From the NCBI RefSeq assembly GCF_001457615.1, contig NZ_LN831024.1, forward strand, positions 2,760,001 through 2,792,000: a stretch of DNA of 32,000 nucleotides, in the 5' to 3' direction. Below, one piece after another: positions 1 through 18,546 of this stretch. Numbering within the stretch: the stretch's first letter is position 1; each line of letters begins with the position of its first letter. Below the pieces are notes generated by a model. It had not been told where the DNA came from and ran no database searches. It saw nothing but the letters and a program-made list of their open reading frames with translations. This DNA is from Pseudomonas aeruginosa. GTDB taxonomy: Bacteria > Pseudomonadota > Gammaproteobacteria > Pseudomonadales > Pseudomonadaceae. Made by a program: the position numbers and the translations under genes.

Positions 1-11043
<11,043 letters not shown>

Positions 11044-11082
11044 TCGGATCCGGCCGCCGAGCCCTTCGCGGGGGGCGATGAA

Positions 11083-11123
11083 AATGGCCGGAAGGGAATG
11101 TTCCATACTCCCTTCCGGCCATT
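11083..11123. terminator. Probable bidirectional intrinsic terminator between the convergent pvdL and hypothetical gene
   Basis: Perfect 15-bp inverted repeat AATGGCCGGAAGGGA (11083-11097) / TCCCTTCCGGCCATT (11109-11123) with an 11-nt loop, 40 bp after the pvdL stop. The T-rich run is short on both sides. Confidence 0.75.
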
Positions 11124-11175
11124 CTTCATATATGTGCGTATATATAAACGCCGATATACGGGTCGGCTTGATTCA

Positions 11176-11973
11176 TTACAACGCGATATTCCCGACTTTC
11201 GCCGAAGCCGCGTTGTAACGCTGGTGCTGTTTACGCTTGACCGAAGAACTGCGCTTGAAACGCCGGGTCGCCGTAAAGATGTTCTTCAAGGTGATCGGGA
11301 ATACCGTGATCAATCCGTTGCCCTTGTGATATTCCGGGTTCCGATCGAGGAAGAAACGCACATTCGGATTGCTGTGCGTAGCCCAGCGTGCCCGTTCGTG
11401 ATCGGCCTCGGTGGTGGTCCAGCCGGTGTCGACCACCAGCGGATCGTTGCTGCTGCGCTTGAAGCTGAACTGGGCGATCAGGTGTTCGAGGAACTTCACG
11501 TGGTGGCTTTCCAGGTCGCAGTGGCAGGGCCAGACGTCATCCACGTACTTGGTCACCAGGGCGTAGCTGGAGGGATGGATCAGGGTGTCGAGGAACAGCA
11601 GGCGCTTGCCGGGGTTGAGCAACTTGTAGCGCAGCACCTGGCGGGTAAGGAAGGGAATGCTCTGGTTGCTCCCGCGGTACTCCGGGAGGATCCCCGACTC
11701 GGCGCGGATCACGCAGGCCTTGCTGTACTGGAAGACTTCCGAGTCGTGGAAATGCACGGCGCAGTAGCCGACGATCTCGTGCTGGCGGTTGCGGTAGATG
11801 GCGATGCGGGTGAGGCGGGCGGTGGAGTGGATGACCTCGCGAGCGAAGGATTCATACTGGACGCCATGAAAGATCCTGGCGTGAATCGCGTAGAGTTCGC
11901 TTGCGAGGTTTCCCCTCTGTGTTTCGTCGAGTTTTCCCGGGTTGACGACTTCCCGGTAGATCCTGGCAGTCAT
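11176..11973 (-). CDS. Conserved hypothetical protein, possibly GNAT/autoinducer-synthase-like fold (~265 aa)
   Basis: Open frame 11994-11176. The second ATG at 11973 (MTARIYREVVNPG...) has a GGAG-type RBS ~6 nt upstream, so it is preferred over MIPSEKIM. The text ...RLTRIAIYRNRQHEIVGYCAVHFHD...LPEYRGSNQSIPFLTRQ... resembles acyltransferase-like folds; this is a motif impression only. Confidence 0.6.
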   Translation of the reverse strand: MTARIYREVVNPGKLDETQRGNLASELYAIHARIFHGVQYESFAREVIHSTARLTRIAIYRNRQHEIVGYCAVHFHDSEVFQYSKACVIRAESGILPEYRGSNQSIPFLTRQVLRYKLLNPGKRLLFLDTLIHPSSYALVTKYVDDVWPCHCDLESHHVKFLEHLIAQFSFKRSSNDPLVVDTGWTTTEADHERARWATHSNPNVRFFLDRNPEYHKGNGLITVFPITLKNIFTATRRFKRSSSVKRKQHQRYNAASAKVGNIAL

Positions 11974-12218
11974 AATCTTCTCCGAAGGAATCATCCAATA
12001 TTAATTTTCGAATTTTTTTCATGCCGATGACTTCTTGTTGTTGTGCGTGGAGGTGAGGCTAGGGAAAGTCTATTTCCATATTGTTAACTGGCGCCCCCAT
12101 ACGCCTTAAGCTGCCAGATCTGACAGGGTATTAACTTATATTCGGAACTCGCTTCGGCCCGCGGTGGTCGCTGGCCCGCCGGCCTTTATTCTTTCGCTGC
12201 TTTTCCGGGGATAGGCAC

Positions 12219-12530
12219 ATGATGCAGAACATCCACGGTCGCGACGACTTCTTCGCCGCCTGCCGGTCAACCTGCACGCCATACCGCTGCCCGGCGTCTC
12301 CTGTCTACAGGTGGTCCCGCCAGCCTGGCTGGCGGCTGGACAGGGAGGGTCGGCGCACCTGCCGGACCGCTACTCGAACGAAGGGCCGCGTACCACCGAC
12401 TGGCTGGCCAGCGGCGTGGTCAAGCGTCACCGCACGCCGGGCAGCCTGCTCAACCTGTTGATCGGGTTCGGGCTTTCGTCTCAAACGGGTGGAGGAGTGG
12501 AGCCCCTGCGACGAGCAAGTGGCCGCTCGC
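12219..12530 (+). pseudogene. Possible gene remnant: short ORF beginning MMQNIHGRDDFFAACR, with a coding-like continuation in another frame
   Basis: ORF 12219-12461 starts plausibly but its C-terminal part is Arg/Cys/Thr rich and non-protein-like. The overlapping +1 frame (..LPVNLHAIPLPGVSCLQVVPPAWLAAGQGGSAHLPDRYSNEGPRTTDWLASGVVKRH..SLLNLLIGFGLSSQTGGG) looks more natural and runs up to the Bro-N gene. Confidence 0.25.
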
Positions 12531-13043
12531 CTAGAGCGGCCGCAACTTGCGCAACCAGCGTCGCCAACCCAGTTGCACCATGGGTTCGCCCTGGCGTTCG
12601 AGGAGGTCGGGCATCTCGCTGAAATTCACCCAGAGCTTGCCCTGCCAGTCGAGCATGTGCACCACCTGGCGCTCCCAGCGCAACTTGACGTAGCGCGGCA
12701 TGCCGCTGTCGTCGGTGGCGCTGCGCAACTCCGGCACCACCTCGCCGCTGAGCCAGCGGCGCAATTCGCTGCCATCGCCGCGCTGCTGGTAGATCAGCGC
12801 GGCATACGCGCCGGACTCGCTGATCAGCCACTGCGCCTGCTCTTCGCCACGTTCGGAACGCAACGATTCGCGGCGCGCCTGGTCGTCGTCCAGGCGGGCG
12901 AGCATCTGTTCGGGCTGGCTGTGTTCGATCAGCCGGGCGAAGTCGTCGAGGACGAACCAGGCCTGGTCGTCGATCAGCAGCGCGCGCAGCAATCGCTGCT
13001 GTCGGAAGAAGTAGTGCGGGGCAAGCTGGGTATGGCCGTGCAT
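12531..13043 (-). CDS. Bro-N domain (phage antirepressor-like) protein, 170 aa
   Basis: Protein MHGHTQLAPHYFFRQQRLLRALLIDDQAWFVLDDFARLI...WLISESGAYAALIYQQRGDGSELRRWLSGEVVPELR shows the Bro-N pattern (N-terminal vRavlidgepWfvakDva.., WlvsEsGlY.li..s....a..fr.Wl..eVlPelR). GAAGGA-like RBS is upstream of the ATG at 13043. Confidence 0.75.
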   Translation of the reverse strand: MHGHTQLAPHYFFRQQRLLRALLIDDQAWFVLDDFARLIEHSQPEQMLARLDDDQARRESLRSERGEEQAQWLISESGAYAALIYQQRGDGSELRRWLSGEVVPELRSATDDSGMPRYVKLRWERQVVHMLDWQGKLWVNFSEMPDLLERQGEPMVQLGWRRWLRKLRPL

Positions 13044-13308
13044 AGGAGAAATCCTTCTCTGAGCTGTCCGCTGCCTGGCTTCTGCCGGCGCGGCAGGGAG
13101 ACAGGCCGCTCGTGGGTGTTGGGCCAGCAGGCTGTGGCCTGCCGGGAACCGAAGTCGCCGGCGAAAAAAGCCTACTGACAGCGCCTGTAGGACGGCAATG
13201 GCTAAGCCTTGTACGAAGTCTCCGATGGCACAAGCCCGCTGAACAGCTAGGCCGTTCTGAACATTACGCCGGCATGGAGAAAACAGGGGATGGACGCTAT
13301 GCTTGGGA

Positions 13309-13437
13309 ACCCTTTTTTTGGTGGTTTTTTAAAGCCCTTTTAGATCAAAGGGTTAGAGATCGCTGCAAAAAGAGGGTTTTTCCGGGCTTTGGCGCTGGAG
13401 CCCTTGGAGCTTGGAAGGTTGATGGTTTTTGGGTCTA
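13309..13437 (+). promoter_or_regulatory. Leader of CRISPR array 1 (AT-rich; IHF-like site and conserved AAAAAGAGGGTTT motif)
   Basis: T-rich region immediately 5' of the first perfect repeat. 13309-13355 aligns without gaps to the array 2 leader (34/47 identical). IHF-like GATCAAAGGGTTA at 13343-13355. AAAAAGAGGGTTT at 13367-13379. Confidence 0.8.
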
Positions 13438-14485
13438 GTTCACTGCCGTATAGGCAGCTAAGAAATTTGCCGGGTCACACTGCCCGGACCCGCCACCGTT
13501 CACTGCCGTATAGGCAGCTAAGAAACAGGGCGCGCCCGGAGAAAGTCACGCGCTTCGAGTTCACTGCCGTATAGGCAGCTAAGAAATCGGGAAAGAGACC
13601 ATGACCATCGGTGAAAACGTTCACTGCCGTATAGGCAGCTAAGAAAATCCGGGCCTGCGCAGATCACCCGGCCAGCTTGTTCACTGCCGTATAGGCAGCT
13701 AAGAAAAGGCACTGCAGGCCTACCGGCGTACCCTGCGCGTTCACTGCCGTATAGGCAGCTAAGAAAACGTCAATGCAGAACTCGAACGTCGTGTGCATGT
13801 TCACTGCCGTATAGGCAGCTAAGAAAACCCAGTGAAATCAGTCCCCGCGCTCGTATCGGTTCACTGCCGTATAGGCAGCTAAGAAATTCGACGGCCACGC
13901 CTCAGCCCGGCCCAGGCCGTTCACTGCCGTATAGGCAGCTAAGAAAGAGATCATCCGGCGCAAGCGGGAACAGCTGCTGTTCACTGCCGTATAGGCAGCT
14001 AAGAAATCACGACCTTCTCGAACGTTCCCAGGTACGTAGTTCACTGCCGTATAGGCAGCTAAGAAAAAGGTCAATTCCCAGGTGAAGCAACTGGTGGCGT
14101 TCACTGCCGTATAGGCAGCTAAGAAAGTAGCAGAGAAACTCAACAGCCCGACTGGACGGTTCACTGCCGTATAGGCAGCTAAGAAAGTAGGGATTGTGAG
14201 CGTCGAGGAGCGCCAGGGCGTTCACTGCCGTATAGGCAGCTAAGAAATGCAACTCGAAAACATCGAACGCCGGCGCCGAGTTCACTGCCGTATAGGCAGC
14301 TAAGAAACTGAGCTAACCCGGCTGGGATCCAAATCCTACGTTCACTGCCGTATAGGCAGCTAAGAAATCCTTCGGCTCCGCCGGCCGGATCGCTGCATGT
14401 TCACTGCCGTATAGGCAGCAAAAAATGTCTCGAAGTTCATAAGCGGGCTTCGGGCGATTTCACTGCCACATAGGTCGTCAAGAAA
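13438..14485 (+). CRISPR. CRISPR array 1, type I-F, repeat GTTCACTGCCGTATAGGCAGCTAAGAAA (28 nt): 16 perfect repeats plus 2 degenerate ones
   Basis: Perfect repeats start at 13438, 13498, 13559, 13619, 13679, 13739, 13799, 13859, 13919, 13979, 14039, 14099, 14159, 14220, 14280 and 14340. A 3-mismatch repeat is at 14399-14426 and a 7-mismatch repeat at 14458-14485. Spacers are 31-33 nt and unique. Repeat polarity and degeneracy on the right place the leader on the left. Confidence 0.99.
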
Positions 14486-14546
14486 CGGCCAGCAGCCCTG
14501 AAGTATCGATTAATGCGGTTCGCTGTCGGCCGGGGTCACCAGTCGA

Positions 14547-14575
14547 AACGAAGTCCCTTTCCATGGGACTTCGTT
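14547..14575. terminator. Putative (bidirectional) terminator between CRISPR array 1 and csy4
   Basis: 11-bp perfect inverted repeat AACGAAGTCCC (14547-14557) / GGGACTTCGTT (14565-14575) with a 7-nt loop. On the - strand the stem runs into TTTCGAC. It lies between the convergent cas operon and array 1. Confidence 0.45.
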
Positions 14576-14608
14576 GCGGACATGCCGATAAGGCGCTGAC
14601 GGGGTTCT

Positions 14609-15172
14609 TCAGAACCAGGGAACGGAACCTCCTTTGCTCAACCCGTAACAGGTGAATCCTCCTTCCTCTGCCGTCGCCTGCAACGGCCCGTGGCGGATGA
14701 AGAGACGGAAGTGCTGTCCGGTGCTCTGGCTGCGTAGCGTGACGAAGGGCAGGTCCAAGGTTCTCGCGACCGTATCGGGAATGCGTTTCCGAGCCTCCTC
14801 CTCACTCAGATCGTGCCGGCGCATGAGCCGCCGCCGCAGGCGTTCCGGATTGCTTTTCGCCTGAACCCGACTGACCTGACGGTACGGTGTGGGGTGAGGC
14901 ACGACTGCCGGTTCTCCGAATTGCAGATGGTCCCGCAACCCTTCCAGCCAGGGCCGGGCGAGCAGGGCACGAAGGTCGTCCGCCGAGGCATGAATGCGCA
15001 GGCGCTCGCCCAGCCGGGAGCGGCTTTCGTCGAGGTCGGGGAAGCTCACGCCGATCCTGTCCCCGCCCTGTGCCACCAGGGCCTGGTGGAGCTTGCCGAA
15101 GAGCACGCTCATGAGTTGCGCCGGGGGAAATTCCGGGTCCGGTCGCAAGCGAATGTCGAGGTAGTGGTCCAT
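14609..15172 (-). CDS. csy4: Type I-F CRISPR-associated endoribonuclease Cas6/Csy4 (187 aa)
   Basis: MDHYLDIRLRPDPEFPPAQLMSVLFGKLHQALVAQGGDRIGVSFPDLDES... matches the known P. aeruginosa Csy4 sequence. Last gene of the cas operon. Confidence 0.98.
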   Translation of the reverse strand: MDHYLDIRLRPDPEFPPAQLMSVLFGKLHQALVAQGGDRIGVSFPDLDESRSRLGERLRIHASADDLRALLARPWLEGLRDHLQFGEPAVVPHPTPYRQVSRVQAKSNPERLRRRLMRRHDLSEEEARKRIPDTVARTLDLPFVTLRSQSTGQHFRLFIRHGPLQATAEEGGFTCYGLSKGGSVPWF

Positions 15173-15175
15173 GGC

Positions 15176-16204
15176 TTACTTCTCTTCGGCTTCACCGAAC
15201 ACGCCGCCACGGATCAGGTTGGCGATCACATAATGCTGTTGCTCCACGGCGGGCGCCTCGTCGCGCAGTACCCAGTTGTCGAGCAGCGTATAGAAGTCCA
15301 GCTTCTGCTTGGGCTGGCGATAGGCTTTGCCCTGGGATGTGACGGAGCCGTAGGGCTCCACGGCGATGGGGCCGAGGCCATCTTCGTCGGGATACCACGT
15401 ATCGATGGTGCGCAGGGCATTGCCGATCTTCTGCGAGTGGATGGCCGCGGCATCGCGCACGCTGTACAGGGTCTTGCTCTTCTGGCCTTTCTTGTCGCCT
15501 TTGTCGAGGATCAGTTCCTGGGAGGGGAAGACTTCCTGGCCGTCGCCGATACGGGCGAAGGCGACCACTTCGAGCAGGACATGCCCACTGCCTGAGAGAC
15601 CGCTGGCGATCAGTTCGGCGAGCGCGTCCAGTTCGGCGTCGGCCTTGAAGTCGCGCAAGCCGATGGCCAGGGCGTCGAAGCGCCAGGCGCGAGCCACCTC
15701 GCCCTGGCGGATATGGTTGATACGGACTTCCACCGCTTCCGCGCCCACCCGGTTGCGCCACAGGAAGCGGGCGTTGGCCAGGTTGTGCGCATAACGACGA
15801 GCCAGCTCGGCGAAGCCCTGATCGTTCACGTAGGTGGCGACCGTTTGCAGCAGCTTGTCACGGTAGGCCGCGTCGTTGCAGGCAGACGGTGTTCCGGCGC
15901 CGCCGAGCACACGGAGGGTGAAGCGGACCTTGAGGGTGTCGGCGTCGCTCGGCAGGTTGGCCACGTCCACCGTCTGCAGGTTGGGCGACTGGATCGAGGC
16001 GTCCAGCTTGGCCGGGTCACGGTCCTTGGTCTTGAGGCGGTTGGAGATGGTGCCGCGTACGGACTTCTCGCGCACGGTCACGGCCGGCCATTCCTGCGAG
16101 GCGTCGCGTTGCGCCCAGGCGCCAGCGCTCATAAGGGCGTCGGAAGGGTCGAGCTTACGTTCGAAGGCGAGGACGGAAGCGGTGCTCAGTATTGGCTTGG
16201 ACAT
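15176..16204 (-). CDS. csy3: Type I-F Cascade backbone protein Csy3/Cas7f (342 aa)
   Basis: [34 protein letters not shown]... from the ATG at 16204. The longer ORF up to 16567 runs back into csy2 in another frame and is not the real start. Confidence 0.97.
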   Translation of the reverse strand: MSKPILSTASVLAFERKLDPSDALMSAGAWAQRDASQEWPAVTVREKSVRGTISNRLKTKDRDPAKLDASIQSPNLQTVDVANLPSDADTLKVRFTLRVLGGAGTPSACNDAAYRDKLLQTVATYVNDQGFAELARRYAHNLANARFLWRNRVGAEAVEVRINHIRQGEVARAWRFDALAIGLRDFKADAELDALAELIASGLSGSGHVLLEVVAFARIGDGQEVFPSQELILDKGDKKGQKSKTLYSVRDAAAIHSQKIGNALRTIDTWYPDEDGLGPIAVEPYGSVTSQGKAYRQPKQKLDFYTLLDNWVLRDEAPAVEQQHYVIANLIRGGVFGEAEEK

Positions 16205-16214
16205 GCTGATTTCC

Positions 16215-17198
16215 TTATGCGATGGCGTGTTCGACGAAACGGGGTGTGCTCCAGCGGTAGAGCCCTTTGTCAGGCTCGGCGTGGTGATACCAAAGCAGGT
16301 CCGATAACGCGGCGACGCGATGGGGGCTGAGCCATTCGCCCAGACCGAAGAGGTTTTCGACGAAGCGCAGCGGTGTTTCTCTATCACGGGCATTTCGCAC
16401 TTCGCCGGGGAGGTACAGGGGTGACAGGGCGTTGTAGCCAGCCGGGATCGGCACCAGCCAGCCGGGCTTGTCGCGCACTTGCCAGGCTGCATCGGGCGGC
16501 GATGCTTCTTCTTCGGACGAGGTTGCAGGAGGCTCGAAGTTGATTCGACAAAGATCGAGCAGTGCATCGAGCGTGGTGGCTTCGGGGAGCGTGGTGCGCA
16601 AGGTTTCCAGATGTTGTTGCAACAACGCCTCGCGACTCACCAGGGCGAAGCCGGGGAGCAGGCGGCGGGTAAGCCGGCGCTGGTTCTTGCGCCGCTGTTC
16701 GTCGCTGCCACCCAGCATCAGCAGTTCGGCGTTCGGAGCCGGGAAGCGCTCATTGCACCAGGGCAGGATGCTGCCACCGGCGAGGCGCATGGCGCCAGCC
16801 TGCTCCTGTACCTGCCTGGCGATTTCCTGTGCGGGGTGATCGTCCAGACCATCGCCATGCACTCCCAGCAGCAGACTGACCTCCAGATGGGCGCGCCCTT
16901 CTTCGACGATGGCTGCGGTGGAGCCGTCGCGGTTCAGCGGATTGCGGGTCAGGTTGAAGACCTTGGTGCGCTTGCCGGCCGGCTGCGATATCTGCGCTTC
17001 GAAGCGGTGACAGACGATGCCGACACCGTCCAGTTCGATATCGAGGGAGATCCCGACTCGACGCTGCAAGGCATGGACGAATCCGGTGAAAGCGCCGGGC
17101 GAAGGGAAACCCCAGGTCAAGGGGCTGGAAATGGCGTTGGCGTTCTGGATGGACAGGCGTGGCAGCAACAGCAGCGCCTCGGGATCAGTCACGCTCAT
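16215..17198 (-). CDS. csy2: Type I-F Cascade protein Csy2/Cas5f (327 aa)
   Basis: [47 protein letters not shown]... Position between csy1 and csy3; 14-nt overlap with the csy1 3' end. Confidence 0.97.
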   Translation of the reverse strand: MSVTDPEALLLLPRLSIQNANAISSPLTWGFPSPGAFTGFVHALQRRVGISLDIELDGVGIVCHRFEAQISQPAGKRTKVFNLTRNPLNRDGSTAAIVEEGRAHLEVSLLLGVHGDGLDDHPAQEIARQVQEQAGAMRLAGGSILPWCNERFPAPNAELLMLGGSDEQRRKNQRRLTRRLLPGFALVSREALLQQHLETLRTTLPEATTLDALLDLCRINFEPPATSSEEEASPPDAAWQVRDKPGWLVPIPAGYNALSPLYLPGEVRNARDRETPLRFVENLFGLGEWLSPHRVAALSDLLWYHHAEPDKGLYRWSTPRFVEHAIA

Positions 17199-18489
17199 CT
17201 TCGAGTATCTCCTTGAACATCGTCAGTTCCTTGCTCAGCTCCTGGCTCCATTGGGCGGCTTCCGGGCTACCCAGTATCTGACTGTCGCTGCTGACCGCCC
17301 GGTTCAGCCAGTTGGCGAAGCGATTTCCGACCTCGGCAGGCCAGTCACCTCGTAGTCGGCGCTGCAAGAACGTCTCATCGGTCTGTGCGCGCAACGGATC
17401 GAGCCAGAGCTGCTCCGCGTCATGCAGTTGGCACCCGGGGGTTGCGCTCCAGCCGGGCTCCAGTTCGCGCAGACGGGCGGCGTATTGCAGGGCTTCGTCG
17501 CAGATTTGCCCGACCAGTTGGGCGCGATATCTGCGGATGGTGAAATTGTTATGGCGGGTCTTGGCAAGGAGGCGCTGCAAGGTCCGGGTCAGCCGGGACA
17601 CCTCAGGGCTTCTCCCGAAGTCATGTTCGAAGACCGAGGAATGGCGTATCGGTGCGCGCTGGTCCTGTCTTTGCCAATGTGGCGGAAGCGAAGGTAGCAA
17701 CCAGTTCTCCCCATAGCGCTCGCTGTTCAACTGACTGATGTTCTGCGGCTTGGTACCGCCGAACTTCTGGATCGCCAGGTTGGGGTACTCGCTGAATCCG
17801 TGGGGCCATGACTCCTGGCGGCTGCGCGCTTCGCGTGCCGCCTTGGCCGCGTCGCCGAAGCGCGCTTCGCGGAGCAGAGCGTGGACGTGATGCACCAGAC
17901 TGGTGGGAAACAGCGGTGCTAGCAGGTGGTAGCCGGAACCGGGCAGGGGAAAGTACAACTGCTTGGCCAGGCTGTGGGACGCGGGAGCGCCTTTGACGGC
18001 CGTGATGCCGATGAACGCTTGCCGCCATTCGCGAGCCTGTTCGGCGTTATCGGACAGCGCCTGTACTGCCTCGGCACTGTCTTCTGTCAGCCAGTTCAGA
18101 AGATTTTTACCCTGATACTGGAGACTGAGAAACTTGAATACGTCCAGCGCCGCGGCATTGCCCACCACATCGCTGACCAGCCTGTCACCTAGCTCATGGG
18201 AACCGGCGAGGCCCGGTTGCCCGGGTGCTTGCGGCAGGCTGTGCAGGTTGCTGCCGCGGGCGTCGGGATGGATCGGCTTGAGCGTGTGGGTCACCAACTG
18301 CAACTGGCCGACCCGCCGGGCGGCATCTGCCAGCCAGGCCTCCCGCCGGTGGGTGGCCAGCAATGTCTGGCGCTTGTCGTCTTCGTCGGGATGGAGTTTG
18401 TCCAGCTTGCCCTGGAGGCGCTCCTGGATGAAGGATTCGATGAACTGGCGAAGCTCCTGCCACGTAGGCGTTGGGAGGGGAGAGGTCAT
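17185..18489 (-). CDS. csy1: Type I-F Cascade large-subunit protein Csy1/Cas8f (434 aa)
   Basis: MTSPLPTPTWQELRQFIESFIQERLQGKLDKLHPDEDDKRQTLLATHRREAWLADAARR... Size and synteny fit Csy1. Confidence 0.97.
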   Translation of the reverse strand: MTSPLPTPTWQELRQFIESFIQERLQGKLDKLHPDEDDKRQTLLATHRREAWLADAARRVGQLQLVTHTLKPIHPDARGSNLHSLPQAPGQPGLAGSHELGDRLVSDVVGNAAALDVFKFLSLQYQGKNLLNWLTEDSAEAVQALSDNAEQAREWRQAFIGITAVKGAPASHSLAKQLYFPLPGSGYHLLAPLFPTSLVHHVHALLREARFGDAAKAAREARSRQESWPHGFSEYPNLAIQKFGGTKPQNISQLNSERYGENWLLPSLPPHWQRQDQRAPIRHSSVFEHDFGRSPEVSRLTRTLQRLLAKTRHNNFTIRRYRAQLVGQICDEALQYAARLRELEPGWSATPGCQLHDAEQLWLDPLRAQTDETFLQRRLRGDWPAEVGNRFANWLNRAVSSDSQILGSPEAAQWSQELSKELTMFKEILEDERD

Positions 18490-18546
18490 CCATGCCTCCT
18501 TGGTCGATTGTCATTGACGAGTGCTCGCATTCGAAAGCTGTGCTCC

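Noticed and set aside
13389-14285. ORFs across array 1 with repeated FLAAYTAVN / FLSCLYGSE text
   Set aside because: These are translations of the CRISPR repeat itself (28-nt repeat plus 32-nt spacer = 60 nt keeps the frame open), not a tandem-repeat protein.
16205-16567. N-terminal extension of csy3 (463-aa ORF starting at 16567)
   Set aside because: The extension overlaps the csy2 coding region in another frame. The real Csy3 start [14 protein letters not shown] is at 16204, giving the expected 342 aa.
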